Assembly (NCBI RefSeq): GCF_009914755.1
Contig: NC_060925.1
Length of the DNA stretch: 64,000 nucleotides
Reading direction: 5' to 3' (one strand)
Source: the human T2T-CHM13v2.0 reference genome, Homo sapiens
Below, piece by piece: positions 1 to 39,400 of the stretch; the stretch's first letter is position 1, and each line of letters begins with the position of its first letter. A model generated the notes under the pieces. The model saw nothing but the letters and a program-made list of their open reading frames with translations, made no database searches and was not told the DNA's origin. The position numbers and the translations under genes were made by a program.

Positions 1-909
1 TCCTTTGACTTCAGTTCTCAAACTCCAGAGACTTTCATGACAACTGTTAATGCTCCATCCTGGAGCCCCTTTGAAGATGAAAAGCTCTCCTGAGAAGTGG
101 AGTGCTCTGTTGTTGTAATTAACATAATTAAAAGCAATTTGTCTCATAGTCCCATAGGAAACTGGGGGACTTCCCTTCTTGTATGAAATCCCCACCACAC
201 TCTCCCAGGAGATGGACACCACTTCTAACCCAAGCCTAGCCCCAGTCCCTGTTCCCACCCCATTCTGACTTAGATATAGAGGTTGTTTCATATTTTTTGT
301 TTGTTTCACCTTTCAGATGATTCTTCATCAAAACAGGGCACCCAGATCTCCAGACACAGGACCCCATCTCTCCTGTTTGTGTCTGCTTTCCTGGGTTGAA
401 AACACCTCGTGAATGGTAAATCCCAAAGCTTTACCATTTCAACCTTAGCTCTGCACCCAGTCAGAAAGGATGTCCGCTGCTGTGGTCTTACCTCTCATCC
501 CACATGCCCTGACCACTAGAAGCAAATGCTTCCTTGATTCCAAGAGTCAGGCTGTGGCTGTGCAGAGTGACCAGGCAAAGAACATGTAAGCATTACTCTG
601 CTAAAGCAGCTTGGTCATGCAATGGTAACCAGGGTAGGAAAGTTCATGTCCAGAAGCCCTGCACAGAGTCTGTTGTCTTAATTATTTCTAGGAGTGCATC
701 CTTCTGCATTCCCCAAGGAGATGATAAACTCTTCCACAGAAAGAGCTGCAGCATTTCATTCCCCAGTGGCCCAGCATAGAGAAGATGTTGTGTTACTAAT
801 TGGGTTGGGCCAAATTAATCTATTCCTGATAGGCCAAAGAAGCATCTCTGTCTCTTTCTGGGTTTCCAGGGCTCTTACCAGACAGCTCTGGGGTTTCCTG
901 GCATACCTA

Positions 910-1298
<389 letters not shown>

Positions 1299-1559
1299 TC
1301 AGAATCTATTTTTTAATACCTTTATGTTGGTTGTGCTTTAGATTCTCTTGGAAAATCATGAGAGGGAAGAGCCCTAGAGTGCAGAGGAAAGCACTCTGAG
1401 GGCTTGGTCTTTAAAGTTTGCTCCTCTCCCCGCAACATACACACACACACACATCCATGCATCCACACACACGCACACCTTCATCTGGGAGCAGCAGAGC
1501 TAGCTCTTCCCCACCCATTTTCTCTTTCATTCAGTTTAACTTAATAGGAACTGAGGCTT

Positions 1560-2230
1560 AGACAGCAAATAGTGCTCAATAACAATAATCATAGCCCGAA
1601 TTGAGCATAACTGACCTGGCCTCTTTGAGATTCAGGGTTACCAGAACATGTCATTAAGGGATTCTCTGACAGAGGCTCAATGACAGACAGTGGTGAAAAG
1701 CCCTCTGAAATAGCTTCACCATGAGAGAGGAGACTCTGGACGGGTGACAGAGGGCCTAGAACCCATCAGACGGGGAGTTGGTTCTGGAAACAGCATGCAG
1801 CTGACACTGACACCTCCTTCCAACCCATTCACCTGACCCTATGGGACTGCTAGGGAAATGGCTAGCACTTGTGAACTGAAGAGTTTGGACCCTAAAGAGC
1901 TGTGCCATTGACAGCTAGTCCTGCATGGCAGACATGAAGCAGAGTATCACAAGTTACAGGGACCCGGGAAAGAAGAAAGGGGAGAATGGGGGAGAATGTC
2001 TGCTTTTGCCTCCTGGAACACAGCCAGATTTCAACAGCAACTACTCAAGATGAGGGTAATCAGGACTGACCCTTTGGACTGGGTTAGCATTTTTGAGAGA
2101 CTTGGCCAAACCAGGGGAAAGAATGGACTTCCTACTAATCTAACCCTATAGAAGCTCAGCCTCACTGAGAATCCCACATTAAAAGAAACTCAGTCCTTTT
2201 CATTAAAGACTGAAACACAGAGACAACTTT
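1560..2230. mobile_element. Possible ancient LTR-like element (family uncertain)
   Basis: composition and ATTAAA-ending layout resemble old mammalian LTRs; no diagnostic termini seen. Confidence 0.25.
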
Positions 2231-2788
2231 TAAGAATGATTATTCTTAAAATAGCATATCCTACTTAGGAAATAAACCTTAACTATCTTTTCTTGGGAAA
2301 AAAAGTCTAGAGTCTTCACTTTTTAAATCAGGAATACAGAATTCTCAGGATTTCCTTTCCTTTAATGATTTTTAAAGTGTTTTTGTTTCTTGAAGAGCCA
2401 ACATGGGTTTGAGGGTATATTCCTGTGTGGTTGAGAAAAAAATTTCTCTTTGTATTCCAGCAGACAATGTCCAGACCTGGCCCAGGCTGCCCTCATCTCT
2501 CTTAGCACTAGAACCTGTCCTGTCCCAAATACATTCACCGTCATCTACCTTAGCCATCAAAGGAATTACAGTTACAGTTACTTTAGGGCTGGAGAACAAA
2601 ATTATCCAACATTTATCTGGCTCCCAAATCCCTAATTGTGTCTTCAGATAGAGCTAGAGGAGCTATTAGTTAGCAGAATAAGGGCAATACTATTCCACTG
2701 CATTCAACACTGAATTACAACCAGTTTTGCAATCTGCCTTTGTGGAATTTCCAGTGCAAGAATTTATAATAAACTCATGAAAGGACTC

Positions 2789-3093
2789 TTTATTTTTTTT
2801 TTTTTGAGGTGGAGTCTCACTCTGTTGCCCAGGCTGGAGTGCAGTGGTGTGACCGTGGCTCACTGCAACTTCTGCCTCCTGGGTTCAAGTGATTCTCCTG
2901 CCTCAGCCTCCTGAGTAGCTGGGATTGGGATTACAGGCACACACCACCACATCTGGCTAATTTTTGTATTTTTAGTAGAGACAGGGTTTTGCCATGTTGG
3001 CCAGGTTGGTCTTGAACTCCTGACCTTAAGTGATCTGCCTGCCTCAGCCTCCCAAAGTGCTGGGATTACAGGCGTGAGCCACTGCACCCAGCT
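2789..3093 (-). mobile_element. Alu (AluS-like)
   Basis: poly-T then reverse Alu consensus. Confidence 0.95.
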
Positions 3094-4422
3094 GAAAGAA
3101 CATTTTTAGTTATAAATTTTATTTCTAAAAATTTTAGTTCTAGCCAGAATGAATGCTTAACTAAGAAAGTAAGAAGAAACAAAAAAGTACAAGAAAATGA
3201 TAGAAAATCTTGTTCATGAGAAGTGGGTATGGTTGTTAAAGTAAATATGAGAAAAGCTGGTGTTTTAGGGGCTTCACTGTCTAAAGAAGAAAAGCTGCCC
3301 CCAAAATGGAAGGTAAATAACTGCCCAAATAAAACATTAAAATCGCTGAAGCCTACCACACCAGATGTAATAGTCTCAGGGGTTAAGGCTGGGATGTCAA
3401 AGTTACACCAGGGAGTGATTTGGTAACAGCCAAAAGGCAGAGAACATTGATTTGGGCTAATAGGCAATTATAGACTCAGTTTCATTCAAGATTGTAATTC
3501 CTAACTGAATTTTTTTAAAAAGCAGGACCACAATCTGTACCCTTGGGATTTTTTACCCTTATTTCTCCCCCTCCAAAAATAAACAAATTCTTGTAAGCCA
3601 TCACATAAATTAATCAACGGTGCTCAGAAGAGTCGTGATTTTCTTGGGCAAAATGGCACATAACAGGCAAAAAAGAAAAAAAATGCGTCATATGTAAGTC
3701 AGGCCACCTTAGGCTGGACTAATGACTCCCTCCTCTCTGTTCCCTCAGTGATGGCTCACACTTTCATGAGAGAATTTATCACACTGTGATGTTGTGGAGA
3801 ATCACTGGCTTCTATGACTGCTCCCTTTCTCTGGACTGTGAGCTCCCTGAGGCCAGAGACTTTGTTTCATTCTTTCACATAAATTCCCTTGGCACTTAAT
3901 ATATCCCCGGAGTGCAGTGGTACAGAATCAACGATTACTCAGCAAACAAACACTCCCCAGGTTCTGTACTGCACCCAGTCCCCTGTATGAGGTGTAAAAG
4001 TCATTTAGCACTAATGCGTCACTAGGATTTGAATCCAGATCGATGTGAGTCCAGCATCCTCAGTCTTAACTCTTTTGTAAACCTGCCTTTCCTAAGAAGG
4101 ATCAGTCCATAAATGGGAGACAACACCAGCTTTCCTCTTCCCCCAGTGGCTGCTCTGCCTTAGTCACCTTGCTGGTTCTTCTTCATCTGTCCTGTGTCTT
4201 AAATTCGCAGCTACCCCAGGGCTCAGTTTTCAGGCTTCTTCTCTATATTTATACTAAGTAATCTCATTCAGTCCCAATCATACACTGACCACTCTCAGAT
4301 ATGCTTGGTCATCCTGGCAGCCTGGACCTCTCTCCTGAACTCCAGATGTGCCACATGCCTGGACCTTTCCACTTAGATGTCTAAGGGGAATCTATCTATA
4401 GCTTAATATGTGAATTGAATTA

Positions 4423-4854
<432 letters not shown>

Positions 4855-5022
4855 TCACCCATGTGATTCCATCATATTATAACCATATTCGCATAGTGAC
4901 CAGCATGGATAGTGTGGATTTCATGGATGTTTCTGGTAAACTGAACTCATTACAGTCTCAAAATATGATAATTATACCAGGAGAGACTTGAGATCCTGGT
5001 TTCAATAAACGCTGAGAAGTAG

Positions 5023-5367
<345 letters not shown>

Positions 5368-5429
5368 TAATTGCTCAGGTAAGGCATCAGAAAGGAAGGT
5401 TTAATAGCCTTGGCACCCACACCAGACAT

Positions 5430-5990
5430 CCTTGTGATTTCTCTAAACTCCAAATCTGATCACATAACTTCCTTGCTTGAAATCCCTTATCAGCTCGTCA
5501 CCTTTTATGGGATTGGATGTCAACTTCTCCGCAAGGCATCCAAGGCCTTTCATGGACTGGCTCCTCACCTGCCTGCTCTCTAACCCCTCCTGTCCTGCCC
5601 GTCCACCTCAGTGACGTGGACCACTGCAGTTATCCAAACACGTCTCTATACTTTTGTTCATGCTATTGCCTCTACCTGGAATTCTCTCTTCCTATTTATT
5701 CACCCAGGAAACCCTGACTCAGCCCATCCTCTGTGCAGTTCCCCACAAACTTTTCCCTCTTCTCCACGGCAGAATGAGTTTCTTTATCCTCTGGGTTCCT
5801 TTAACCCTTTTGTACGTCTTTTAGCCCATGACAATGTCATTCTTTGTTAATTGCTTTGTCTCTCAACTAGACTCTGAGGTCTTCAAGGGAAAAGTCTGAT
5901 GTTTGAGCTTTTTAAATCCTTCATGCCCAGTGTCATTCTTGGAACACAGTAACTGCTTAGAAAATGCTTGATAAAATGAATGAATGTATG
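5430..5990 (+). mobile_element. L2 3' fragment
   Basis: caaatctgatcac...cctggaattctct...ctagactctgag...aatgaatgaatg terminus. Confidence 0.6.
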
Positions 5991-6046
5991 AACAGCTGAG
6001 CCCTTGCCGCAACAGACGAAAAATAGTATGTAGTTATACCAACGTC

Positions 6047-6060
6047 CCACTAGAGGGAGC
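6047..6060 (+). promoter_or_regulatory. CTCF motif (forward)
   Basis: CCACTAGAGGGAGC fits core CCASYAGRKGGCRS with one common deviation; upstream TGTAGTT resembles the ZF9-11 motif. Confidence 0.65.
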
Positions 6061-6981
6061 AATGCAAAACTTGATGCCCTCTAACAGCATTTAAGGCTTG
6101 TTCTCAACTAAAGTAATACGATAAAATATTTTCCATTTTAAGCTAAACCTAATGTAAATCAATCCCTGATACACCTGATGAAACATATTTATAAATGTTC
6201 ACTATATTCCAGGTTCTGAGTTTCACAGTGGATACTTCTTATGGGTACAGATGAATGGAAAGGGCAGGGGACATATGTACTCATATTTTGTATTTTTATG
6301 TTATGTAGCGTGCATCACAAAGCTTTGCTCTTCGCAGACATAATCTCACTTCTAAAGTCTGCTCCACCTAGAAGCTTATTGCTCCACGTACAATAAATTC
6401 TGTGGAATCCGATGACTACACAGCTTCTTAATTTCCTATTGTCCTATATCCGTCATATCCTGTCTTGAACACACACACTTACTGTGGATGAGGTCAGGAA
6501 ACACAACTCATACAGCCTCATATCTATAATTTCGATCAATTTTGAGTTCAATACTAGTGTTCAATGAATGTGTCTGGCTGACACATGCTCAGCCTGAGAC
6601 CAGCATCCCCCCACCTGAGTAAATGTGTCCTTGCAGATTCCTTAGCATCCAGCATTGTTCAGTTCAGCATTCAGCACAGCGTATTGTAATTGTCTGTGTA
6701 CTTACCTACACCCAGACAAGACTGTGAACGCCCTGAGGAGACTAGCATGATCTTATTCTTTCTCCTAGCTTTGGCTGCCAGCACCTAAGTGTTAGGTAAA
6801 TATTTTTTTAAACAAGTAAGCTAATTCCATAATTTTATAAGGTAGTGAGAGAGTGATTTCTGCCAGCAGTCTCGGGAAGAGGCTGGATTGCTTTGGGTCT
6901 GTACACAGACATGCGTGTATACATGTTGTAGAAGAGCTGGTCTTGTATGTAGGAAACTGTCTACTTTAAGGCTACTAGGAA

Positions 6982-6983
<2 letters not shown>

Positions 6984-7013
<30 letters not shown>
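6984..7013 (+). repeat. (CA)15 microsatellite
   Basis: direct read. Confidence 0.95.
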
Positions 7014-7017
<4 letters not shown>

Positions 7018-7299
7018 CCTTCCCTAGAATCTTCCCAAATCAGAAGCTGAGGTGTCTGACTTTCACCATTAGAGAGTCATACCTTTGGATATACATGGCT
7101 TCCTCTCAACATATCTTGAAACTATGTGACCTTGTTATCAAAAAAAAAATAAATCTCAAACATCCCCAGCATCTGAGATGTATCCTCAAGCAGTGTTCCC
7201 CCTAGCTCTGTTGAGAATCTCAGATAGACCCTCTGCTTACTTTCTGTATTTTGCATTATAAAGTGACTGACTTGTGTCTTTAAATATTTATAGCTATAT

Positions 7300-8180
7300 G
7301 TCAAGTAAGTACTTTCAAATTATACATATCATGATATTTACAATTAGAATATATCAATTTGTAGAACTCCATGAATTCATAATGATACTAAAAATAAAAA
7401 CCAAAACTTAATTGGCCACCATTAAATCTAGTGATCAACTTCTTACCTTGAAAATTGGCAAATGAAGGGAAAGAATCAAGCATTTATTCTTTCCTATATA
7501 AACTGTACCACTGGGTAACCAAAATTTAATTAAGGTAGAAATTTGTCTTCACAACAAGAATTCAGCAACTAAGTAAAGAATAAATGACAGAATCAGAGTA
7601 TCACTCCCTGAAATAGAATTATAATGTATTCATGAATTAATGAATTTAGACATTGAGCATCAATGTCTGGTAACATCACAGAAAGAAAGGCAACCAGACA
7701 TCATATGCCTTCTGATGGAAGTACAAAATACCAAGTATAACAAAGTGTGATCAAACTTCTAGATCCAACAATCAATTCATAAGAAATATAGAGAAGAGCA
7801 TAACATGTTAAACCAACAAAGTATTTTTAAAAGACAACATTTATGAGACAATCAAAAATGTGAACACTGGCAGTATATATGATTATATTAAACAGTTAAC
7901 TTCAGTGTTTTTTAGGTTGGATAATGCCATTGAGGCTACATTAAAAAAACCCTTAACTTTTAGAAATGCACACTAAAATATTTACAGATGAAATAATATG
8001 ATGTTTGGGATTTGCTTCAAAAATAATGCAGAGTAGGGACAGGGCAGTGGTTGGGCATATAAATGAGACAAGATGGCCTTGAGTTGACAGTTGCTGAAGC
8101 TGGGCAATAGGTATATGGGAGTTCATTCTCCCATTTTGTCTACTTTTGTATACACTTAAAATGTGCCATATAAAACATTT
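7300..8180 (+). mobile_element. Old L1 (L1MC/ME-like) 3' region
   Basis: aaatatttacagatgaaataatatgatgtttgggatttgcttcaaaa...gggagttcatt...tctacttttgtata, typical L1M 3' end. Confidence 0.7.
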
Positions 8181-9984
8181 TTTTCTTTTAAATTATTAAC
8201 TGATTCCGAAACATTCTGATATTCTTGTCCTAAGGGATAGCTATCCTTCTCCCACTCCTTGAGATCATTATCCTAGAGAATCTTCTGGAAATTGCAAATA
8301 TCCCAAGGAAAGTAACTTGTTAATTCATTAACAGCTATCTGTAAACTAATACAGAGGGTTATTTCCTGGACTGCCTTTAACACTGAAAATATGGAGTTCC
8401 TGTGAGTAGAAGTAAAAGAAAACGTTGGGGGAGGGAAACGGAAGGGCAGAGGGAGGGAAAAAGAAGAACAAATTTTGTCTTCATTACAGTTTTCCTAAGG
8501 CCTTCATTTGTTGGCATATACATCATCGTTGTGCAGGTTTTACTAAGAGAACTTTCACGGGGGGGCGGGGCGGGGAGAAATGCTTACATTCTTGGCTCTT
8601 AGGTTAAATTTTCACAAAGGATCCCTTTTTATGTTGTCAAAGGATAATATAAATATTTTTAGGACAAAAAGGGCTTCTTTTTCCATGACCCAGTGAGCCA
8701 ATGATGAGACTGCTTGGGTGGGGCTAGGGTAAATTTTTACCTGAACCTGAGAACCGTCTAGACCTGTACACAAGACCACAAGGGTGTGGAAACCGGGAGA
8801 GTAAGAGTCACCTCAAGTGCTTGAGAATATAGCTTTCATAGAAGATCTCTGGAAGAACACCAAGAAAGTGGCTGCCTCTGGGGAGGGAAACTGGGGCACT
8901 TGGGATATGTTGGGAGGGGGAAAAAGGATGGCTCTTTATTGCTATAGCCAAGTTATACTGTGGTCAGCACCTTAAAATATATGATGACATCTTGCAAACA
9001 GGCTTTTGTTGACCTAAGTGACTGTACCTTTTATCTTGAAATTACATAGAAGACAAATGGCTATTTATGGGTTCCTTGGCTGGCCCAGCTGCTGGGCACC
9101 ACCCGCTCTGTTTGCATGTGTTCCTCATATTCTCCGGCCCTGTCCTCCCATCCCCACCCCAGCCTCTCCGAATCTAATTAGGAATAGTAGATGGTCACTA
9201 GAACTGACAAGAATCGCATTCTAATGGTTTTATTACAACTTCTATGGTGTGACACAGTATCAGGGAAAACCCAAATTTCCCACAGTAGCACTCCAATAGC
9301 AGAGCTATTATTTTGCTTCTCATTTCTCTCATTTTGGACGCTCCTGTTTTACCGTAAATATTCAAGTGAATTCTGCGGCTTATGATTTAAGCACTCTGTT
9401 TCTATAGAACATGGTAGCATAAGTTACTATTAGGAAAAGGATCTCACCATCTTTATCCTGTGGTCTCAAGCAGCCCTGCACACTTGCAAATCCCTAGAAT
9501 ACTGAGTCTACTTTTATATTTTTGCTTTTTCCTGTTTATTTAGGTGTTATTTAAATACATTAAAATTCACCCATTTTAACTGTACAGTTTAACTTTTCTT
9601 ATGTATACAAGGTGTAACTACTAGCATGATCAAAATGTAAGATGGTTCCTTTACCTTCAAAAGCTTTTCCATCCCCTTTTGTCCGAGTTCAGTTATGAGA
9701 CACTGGATTGGGTTTCACAGCCTTTTCTAGCATTGACTGGGGTGATTTCAGTAAAGTCACTTTACCTCTCTAGATGTGTTTCTGCTGTTGTTAAATGGGG
9801 AATGCTGGAACAGATTTGTTTGCGGGGACTCTTCCAATACTTTCAGAAAATGCGAGAATAGGGTGAGGGTGGGAATCTCAGACTTGTGGGCCCCATGATT
9901 GATATAACACACACAGGCGGCAGACCCTAATGGGTAAAAGCATGTGGTTGCATCAGTTAAGGTTTTTCTCTCTTCTCTTGCTAG

Positions 9985-10319
<335 letters not shown>

Positions 10320-10559
10320 GCTAGCGTGTTATCTTTTCTAAGCATCAGTTTCCTTATCTGCAACACCAGGCTTATTAACAAGACCTATCTGTACACTGTT
10401 GTGGTGATGAAGTGAGATGTTCAGGCACCCTTAAATGTTGGTTGATATTTTTATTGCAGTATACTGTAAAGTCACTGCATTCGACTATCTCCGCTACTAC
10501 ACATTTACGCAGACTGATTTCCATAACCAAAACACAAGCACAAAGCTCATGCCCCCGAC

Positions 10560-34220
<23,661 letters not shown>

Positions 34221-34963
34221 AATTTTGTTGGGCAGGAAGTGGTATTTGGCATGATACATAATGTTTGATTCTATGCCATTTGGACCCAATTCTGATTACT
34301 TACAGAAGAAGGACTGATACAAAGAAAGTGCATGAGGCAATGTCAGTATTATCTGACATCTTTCTTTTCAGGTCATGTGTCCCTGAAAAGTTAAATGTAA
34401 ACCAGATTTTGGTAAATCCCATCTTTCAGAAGTGAAGAGGGGGCTAGAAGGACTCTGAGAAGTTGGTAGAAGAAAACTCCCACTTGTGAATATTTTTGTG
34501 AGACATAAATTCTTTTATTACGATTTACCTCTAATTTATTACACTTAGTAAATTCTTCCAGATTTTTCTATTTGTTTGACACTTCCTTAAAGTAAGGAAT
34601 ACACATTGCTTGCGAGAACTGGTTATGAGACATTGGAATACTTCTTGCTGCTACATGTCATCTTAATTTTGGATGGCATGGGTTTTGTAAAACTTATTCT
34701 GCCCCAGCCAAACTTTTTTGAAACCTTAAATAGTCTACCTTAATTCAGCCTAGAAGAGTACATTGATTTACTGATCTTTTTTCATATTCATAATACTAAA
34801 TGTTTTAGTTTTGTTCAAATATATGCTTAAAATCACGTTATTTAAAAAACACATCAGCTCTGTCTCAAGAAGTAATTTTGTTGAAACTCCATGTTAAAAT
34901 ATCCATCTTCAACAGTAGTGTCTTCATAATAACTAGTCATTTTTTCAGTCATAAACAGATGCA

Positions 34964-34969
34964 AATAAA
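34964..34969 (+). terminator. Proximal poly(A) signal AATAAA
   Basis: gcAAATAAAaagg followed by a T-rich downstream segment (~34993-35003). Confidence 0.55.
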
Positions 34970-35174
34970 AAGGAAATTACACTTTTAAAAACATTTTTAT
35001 TTTGAAACATTCTCAAACAGAAAAATTCCAAGTACAGAACCTGAACCATTTGAGAGTGAGTTGCCAACCCAGTGGGCCTATCACCTTTAAATACTTTAGT
35101 ATATATTTCCTGTAAACAATTAAGGGTATTGTTTGTGATTAGGAATGCCCCACCAATAAGGATAATGTGAATAT

Positions 35175-35240
35175 TTCAGAATCCAAAAAAATTCGAAACA
35201 CGTCTGGTCCCAAGCATTTCAGATAAGAGATATTCAACTC
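35175..35240. mobile_element. Tigger4/MER46-like fragment in the 3' UTR
   Basis: aatccaaaaaaattcgaaacac.tctggtcccaagcatttcagataagagatattcaac. Confidence 0.65.
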
Positions 35241-36105
35241 ATCCTAGTATGGACTCGTAGTTTCTTCTTTTATTCAATGGGTTACGGTTTGTTACATCAT
35301 TATTTCTTTAGATGCGTAACTGGTCTCAAATATGGCCGCTGGGAGCACCTTCAGGTTAGCCCCTGTGTACTTTTGACATGTCCCCCATCTACTTGGGCAC
35401 TGCTGTATTTTTTGACAATGAGACATTCCAGGTTTCTCTACTCCAGCCCTGCTTGCTTTTAGTAGGAAATTATTATAAAAGGTTAGATTGGAGTGCTTAC
35501 TATTGTGGTGCCACTCATCCCAGGCTCAGTGGTCAGAACTTGGGAATTGTGTACATGTATGCACACACATATGTACACACGTTGTCTAAATTTGCTTCAC
35601 ATTAATATCTAAATTTACTTTCATATCCATATATTGAAAACCATGAATTCACACCAGTACCTCCAATTCTAGTCCAACAACACAGGATTGCTTCTCATTT
35701 TCTTTCCATATTGATAACTCCTTTCTCAGACAGTGGCTCCCATTATCCTCAATGTAATAACCCATGATTGGTACAGATTTTTTTTATCCTTGGGCACGCT
35801 TAAAATTACTTAGCAAAAACAAAAAGTAAAATCAGTTTTGAAGTAATATTTCTGCTAAATATTTAGACATTTTTACTTCTTTTTCTTCAGCATGGTAAGT
35901 AAAACCATTTATTCCATATTTAGATGGTTTTCTAAATTTCAGAAAATTTAGTTAGATAAAAGCCGACCGAACCCATGCTACAAAGAACTTTTTGTATCTA
36001 TAGGCATGCCCTGTGGTTACTGGCGTAATTGTGCTGCTGTTTATCATAGATCCTGTATATTATGAGAATAAGAAATGAGTTTATTTACCTCATTCAGAAA
36101 TGTGA

Positions 36106-36430
<325 letters not shown>

Positions 36431-39400
36431 AATTACCTACATCTTTTTCTACTGCCATATTCTTTTGCCTGTGAATTGTAGTTCATCTCGTGGTTTCCAT
36501 TATTACTATTCACACGACTCCCAAATCTCCAGCTTCTCTGGCTCTCCACTCACATGTGAGTCTGGATTTCAAATCCATGATGTAGCCCCAGAAATAACCA
36601 TTTTATTAAGCACCCCTAGTGATTTTCATGCTGGCATAGAGCCAAACCCAGCCAACTGCTTCTTGCCTGCAGAGAACACTGAGGATTTCAAGTGTGAACA
36701 AAGTAGTGTTGCTTTGTTCCTGGCTCAGCACCTGAAAAGAAGGTAAGCCTCTGCAGTTAGCCCTGGCTCCTTAGTGCATTGCAGAGTGGAGTCTCTGCAA
36801 TGGTTTTATTAAAAGGATGCCTTGAAGATCTGGTCTCTCTCAACACACAATAAGCGAGAAGAGAGGCTACTGAAATACGGATGCGTGAGCTGGAATTACA
36901 CACTACCTTGATGTTAACAAGGCTCATTTGCAGCAAGCAAGTGCCTATATAGGGTCTGAAATATAGACAAAGGATGGTCCCAATCCTGGAAACAGTGGAA
37001 TTAAAAGGTATGGAAAGGAACTTACCCAGAAAGTAACACTTTTAAATGTTTTTTCTTTTCCCATAGTTAAAACAACCAGCTTAGCACTTTTCTTTTTGAG
37101 AGAGAAAAAGCTTTGAATCGTGGATGCTTCTCACAGCTGGCTGCACCACGTGCAGTGTTCAAAAAACAAGAACAAGCTAATCATAGAGAACCAGCAGCAG
37201 CTAAACAGCCCTCTGCTTGCTTCCAAAGGGCTTATAATTGAGCACAGATGGTCCTAGTGGAGATGGGGAATGTGTCCCTGCTGACTCCTCATACCCCAGA
37301 GGACCAAGGGGGGCTCATGAAGGCTCTCAGCCCTGATTGTGCCCTCGTGAGGGCAAGGAGCTATGCTGCTGAAGGAGGAAAGGGAAAGGCAGGTGGGGCC
37401 AGACCCTATTGGCCATCTGACCAGCCTTCCCAAGCCCACGTGAGCAGATCTAGGGTCTCAAGATTACAGAAGGCCTGGGGTGAGGGAGCAAGAGTTGGAA
37501 GTTCTTTATAGTTGTCTGAAGAGCCTCATTGTCCAACTGCAGGGGCCTGAGGTGCCCAAAGCTTCGTGGAAAAGTAATGTCAGTGGAATGCTCAGAAGTG
37601 GCTCTTTTCAGGGCACGGCTTCTGAGGAGCGTGGGGCCACCACAGCTAGCCCTCCCTCCGTCTAGCCATCCTCTCCTTCCAGTCCCTTTCCCATCTTTTC
37701 TCTCAAAGGAGCATGGTAGTGATCTTCATTACCAAATTTCTACTCCACACTTATTTTAAAAAGCTTTTCTGAAAGCCTGGCTACATAGAATTCTAAACAG
37801 ATTTCAGTCAACTTTTAATTAGAGTCAATGAATGGGGAGTAAATACACAGATAATCCAAAATTGATGTAAGCATTGGAAGGTGAAAGAGGGAACGCTTCT
37901 TTCCCTCTGGGCTTGGTCATTTCCTCCCAAGCAAACCCCGCGACGTTCAGCCGTCTTCCTCCTATGCCACGTGCTCTCACCAGAACTGCAGCAAAACTGC
38001 ATTTTATGTCCTGTGTCTAAAGCTAAACACATGTTCCTGTCTACTTTTGCTTTGTTCCTGTTTCCCTTCTGTGAGGACCTTCCCCTCCTCAGATGTGGGG
38101 AGTTGCCGCCTCCACTTGCATTACATGTATTTCAGAGTAGGTCCTAGGCTCCCCTTACACCTCTGGTCACGTTGCCATTATTCCTATGGTAGATAAAGGG
38201 GATGAGAAAGAACAGAGCTCCAGGCCTTTTTCAAACAAACTGGTTTTCTCAGTATAGCCCTATGCTCAAAAGGAGTGAGGACAGGTATGTGACTGCCATA
38301 AGGAGCTGTTTGCTTTGCACAGAGAAATCTAATCTTTCTCCTGCTGGGCAGCTCAGTACAGATGTCCCCTCACTGCTGGAAGAAACACCTGCCCTTGCTT
38401 GTTCTCCTGATGGCCCCTCACAGTCAGGTGTGGGATGGCACATTTCTAGGTGCTCCTCGCCGAGCTGTCATGGGCTTCAGTCTTGGGCCTCTGCAGCTGG
38501 CTGTGACCAGGTGGAAACTGTAGCCTTGGCTGACCCAGAGAAGGAAAGGAGGCAGTCTGCCGCTTGGCTGATTTAGGAGTTGTGCTGAATTCCTGCCCAT
38601 CTGTTCTCCCAGCTGAGCCAAGGCCAAAGCTGTCTACCTTTTGCCAACCTAAGGAATGACACAGAGCATGGAGCACCATCACTGAAACATCTGCCCCAGT
38701 GCCCTGCCACCTTCGTCCTCACTGACCTCTGCAGCCTCTCTCATCTGCCAGTTTTGATTCCGCAAGGAGAGGTGGCCCTGGGCTCACAGCTGGTGTTTGT
38801 CCACAGATGTTCATGGGTTTCTTTGTGTTCTCTCATTTTTTCAAAGCTGGGTGTTGGGACCAACATCACCACTGACATTCTGTGGCTCTAAACAAGTCCT
38901 CACGACCACTTCTCAGTTTTCTCATCTTTATGAAGTATGGAGTAATCCCCACTAGCCTTATAGAGGGACTGTGTGAGAAGGGAAGAGACTGCTATTGTTT
39001 GCCCTATATCCACCTACTTCCCTAGTTCCAGAACGCTGGACTTTAATGAGATAACAAAGTACCTAGTAAAAACACTGCATCATTTTCCATCCCCCACCCC
39101 TTGCAGTAAAATGTGGCCCATGAGACAGAAGCACTAACTACTGAGCAGGACTTCTAGGGGAGTTCTTTAAAACTCAGAGGAGCACCACTTTTACCTTCTG
39201 CTCTTCCCTTTTTCCTGCCTGGAACGCAGAAGTGATGGCTGAAGCTCCTGAGGCTATAAGCTCTGTACGTAGGAGAGTGGTGAAGAAAGGAGCTTGGTTC
39301 TGCAAGGATGTTGTAGAGCTGCCATACCAGTCCTGCATGGTATTCCTGTGCACTACTGTTACGTGAACACACAAACACCTAATTTGTTTAAGCCATTAGG

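Noticed and set aside
570-660. p63/p53 half-site-like sequences (GAACATGT, TCATGTCC) near the IRF6 side; also at 6907-6928
   Set aside because: No properly paired RRRCWWGYYY dimer; expected by chance
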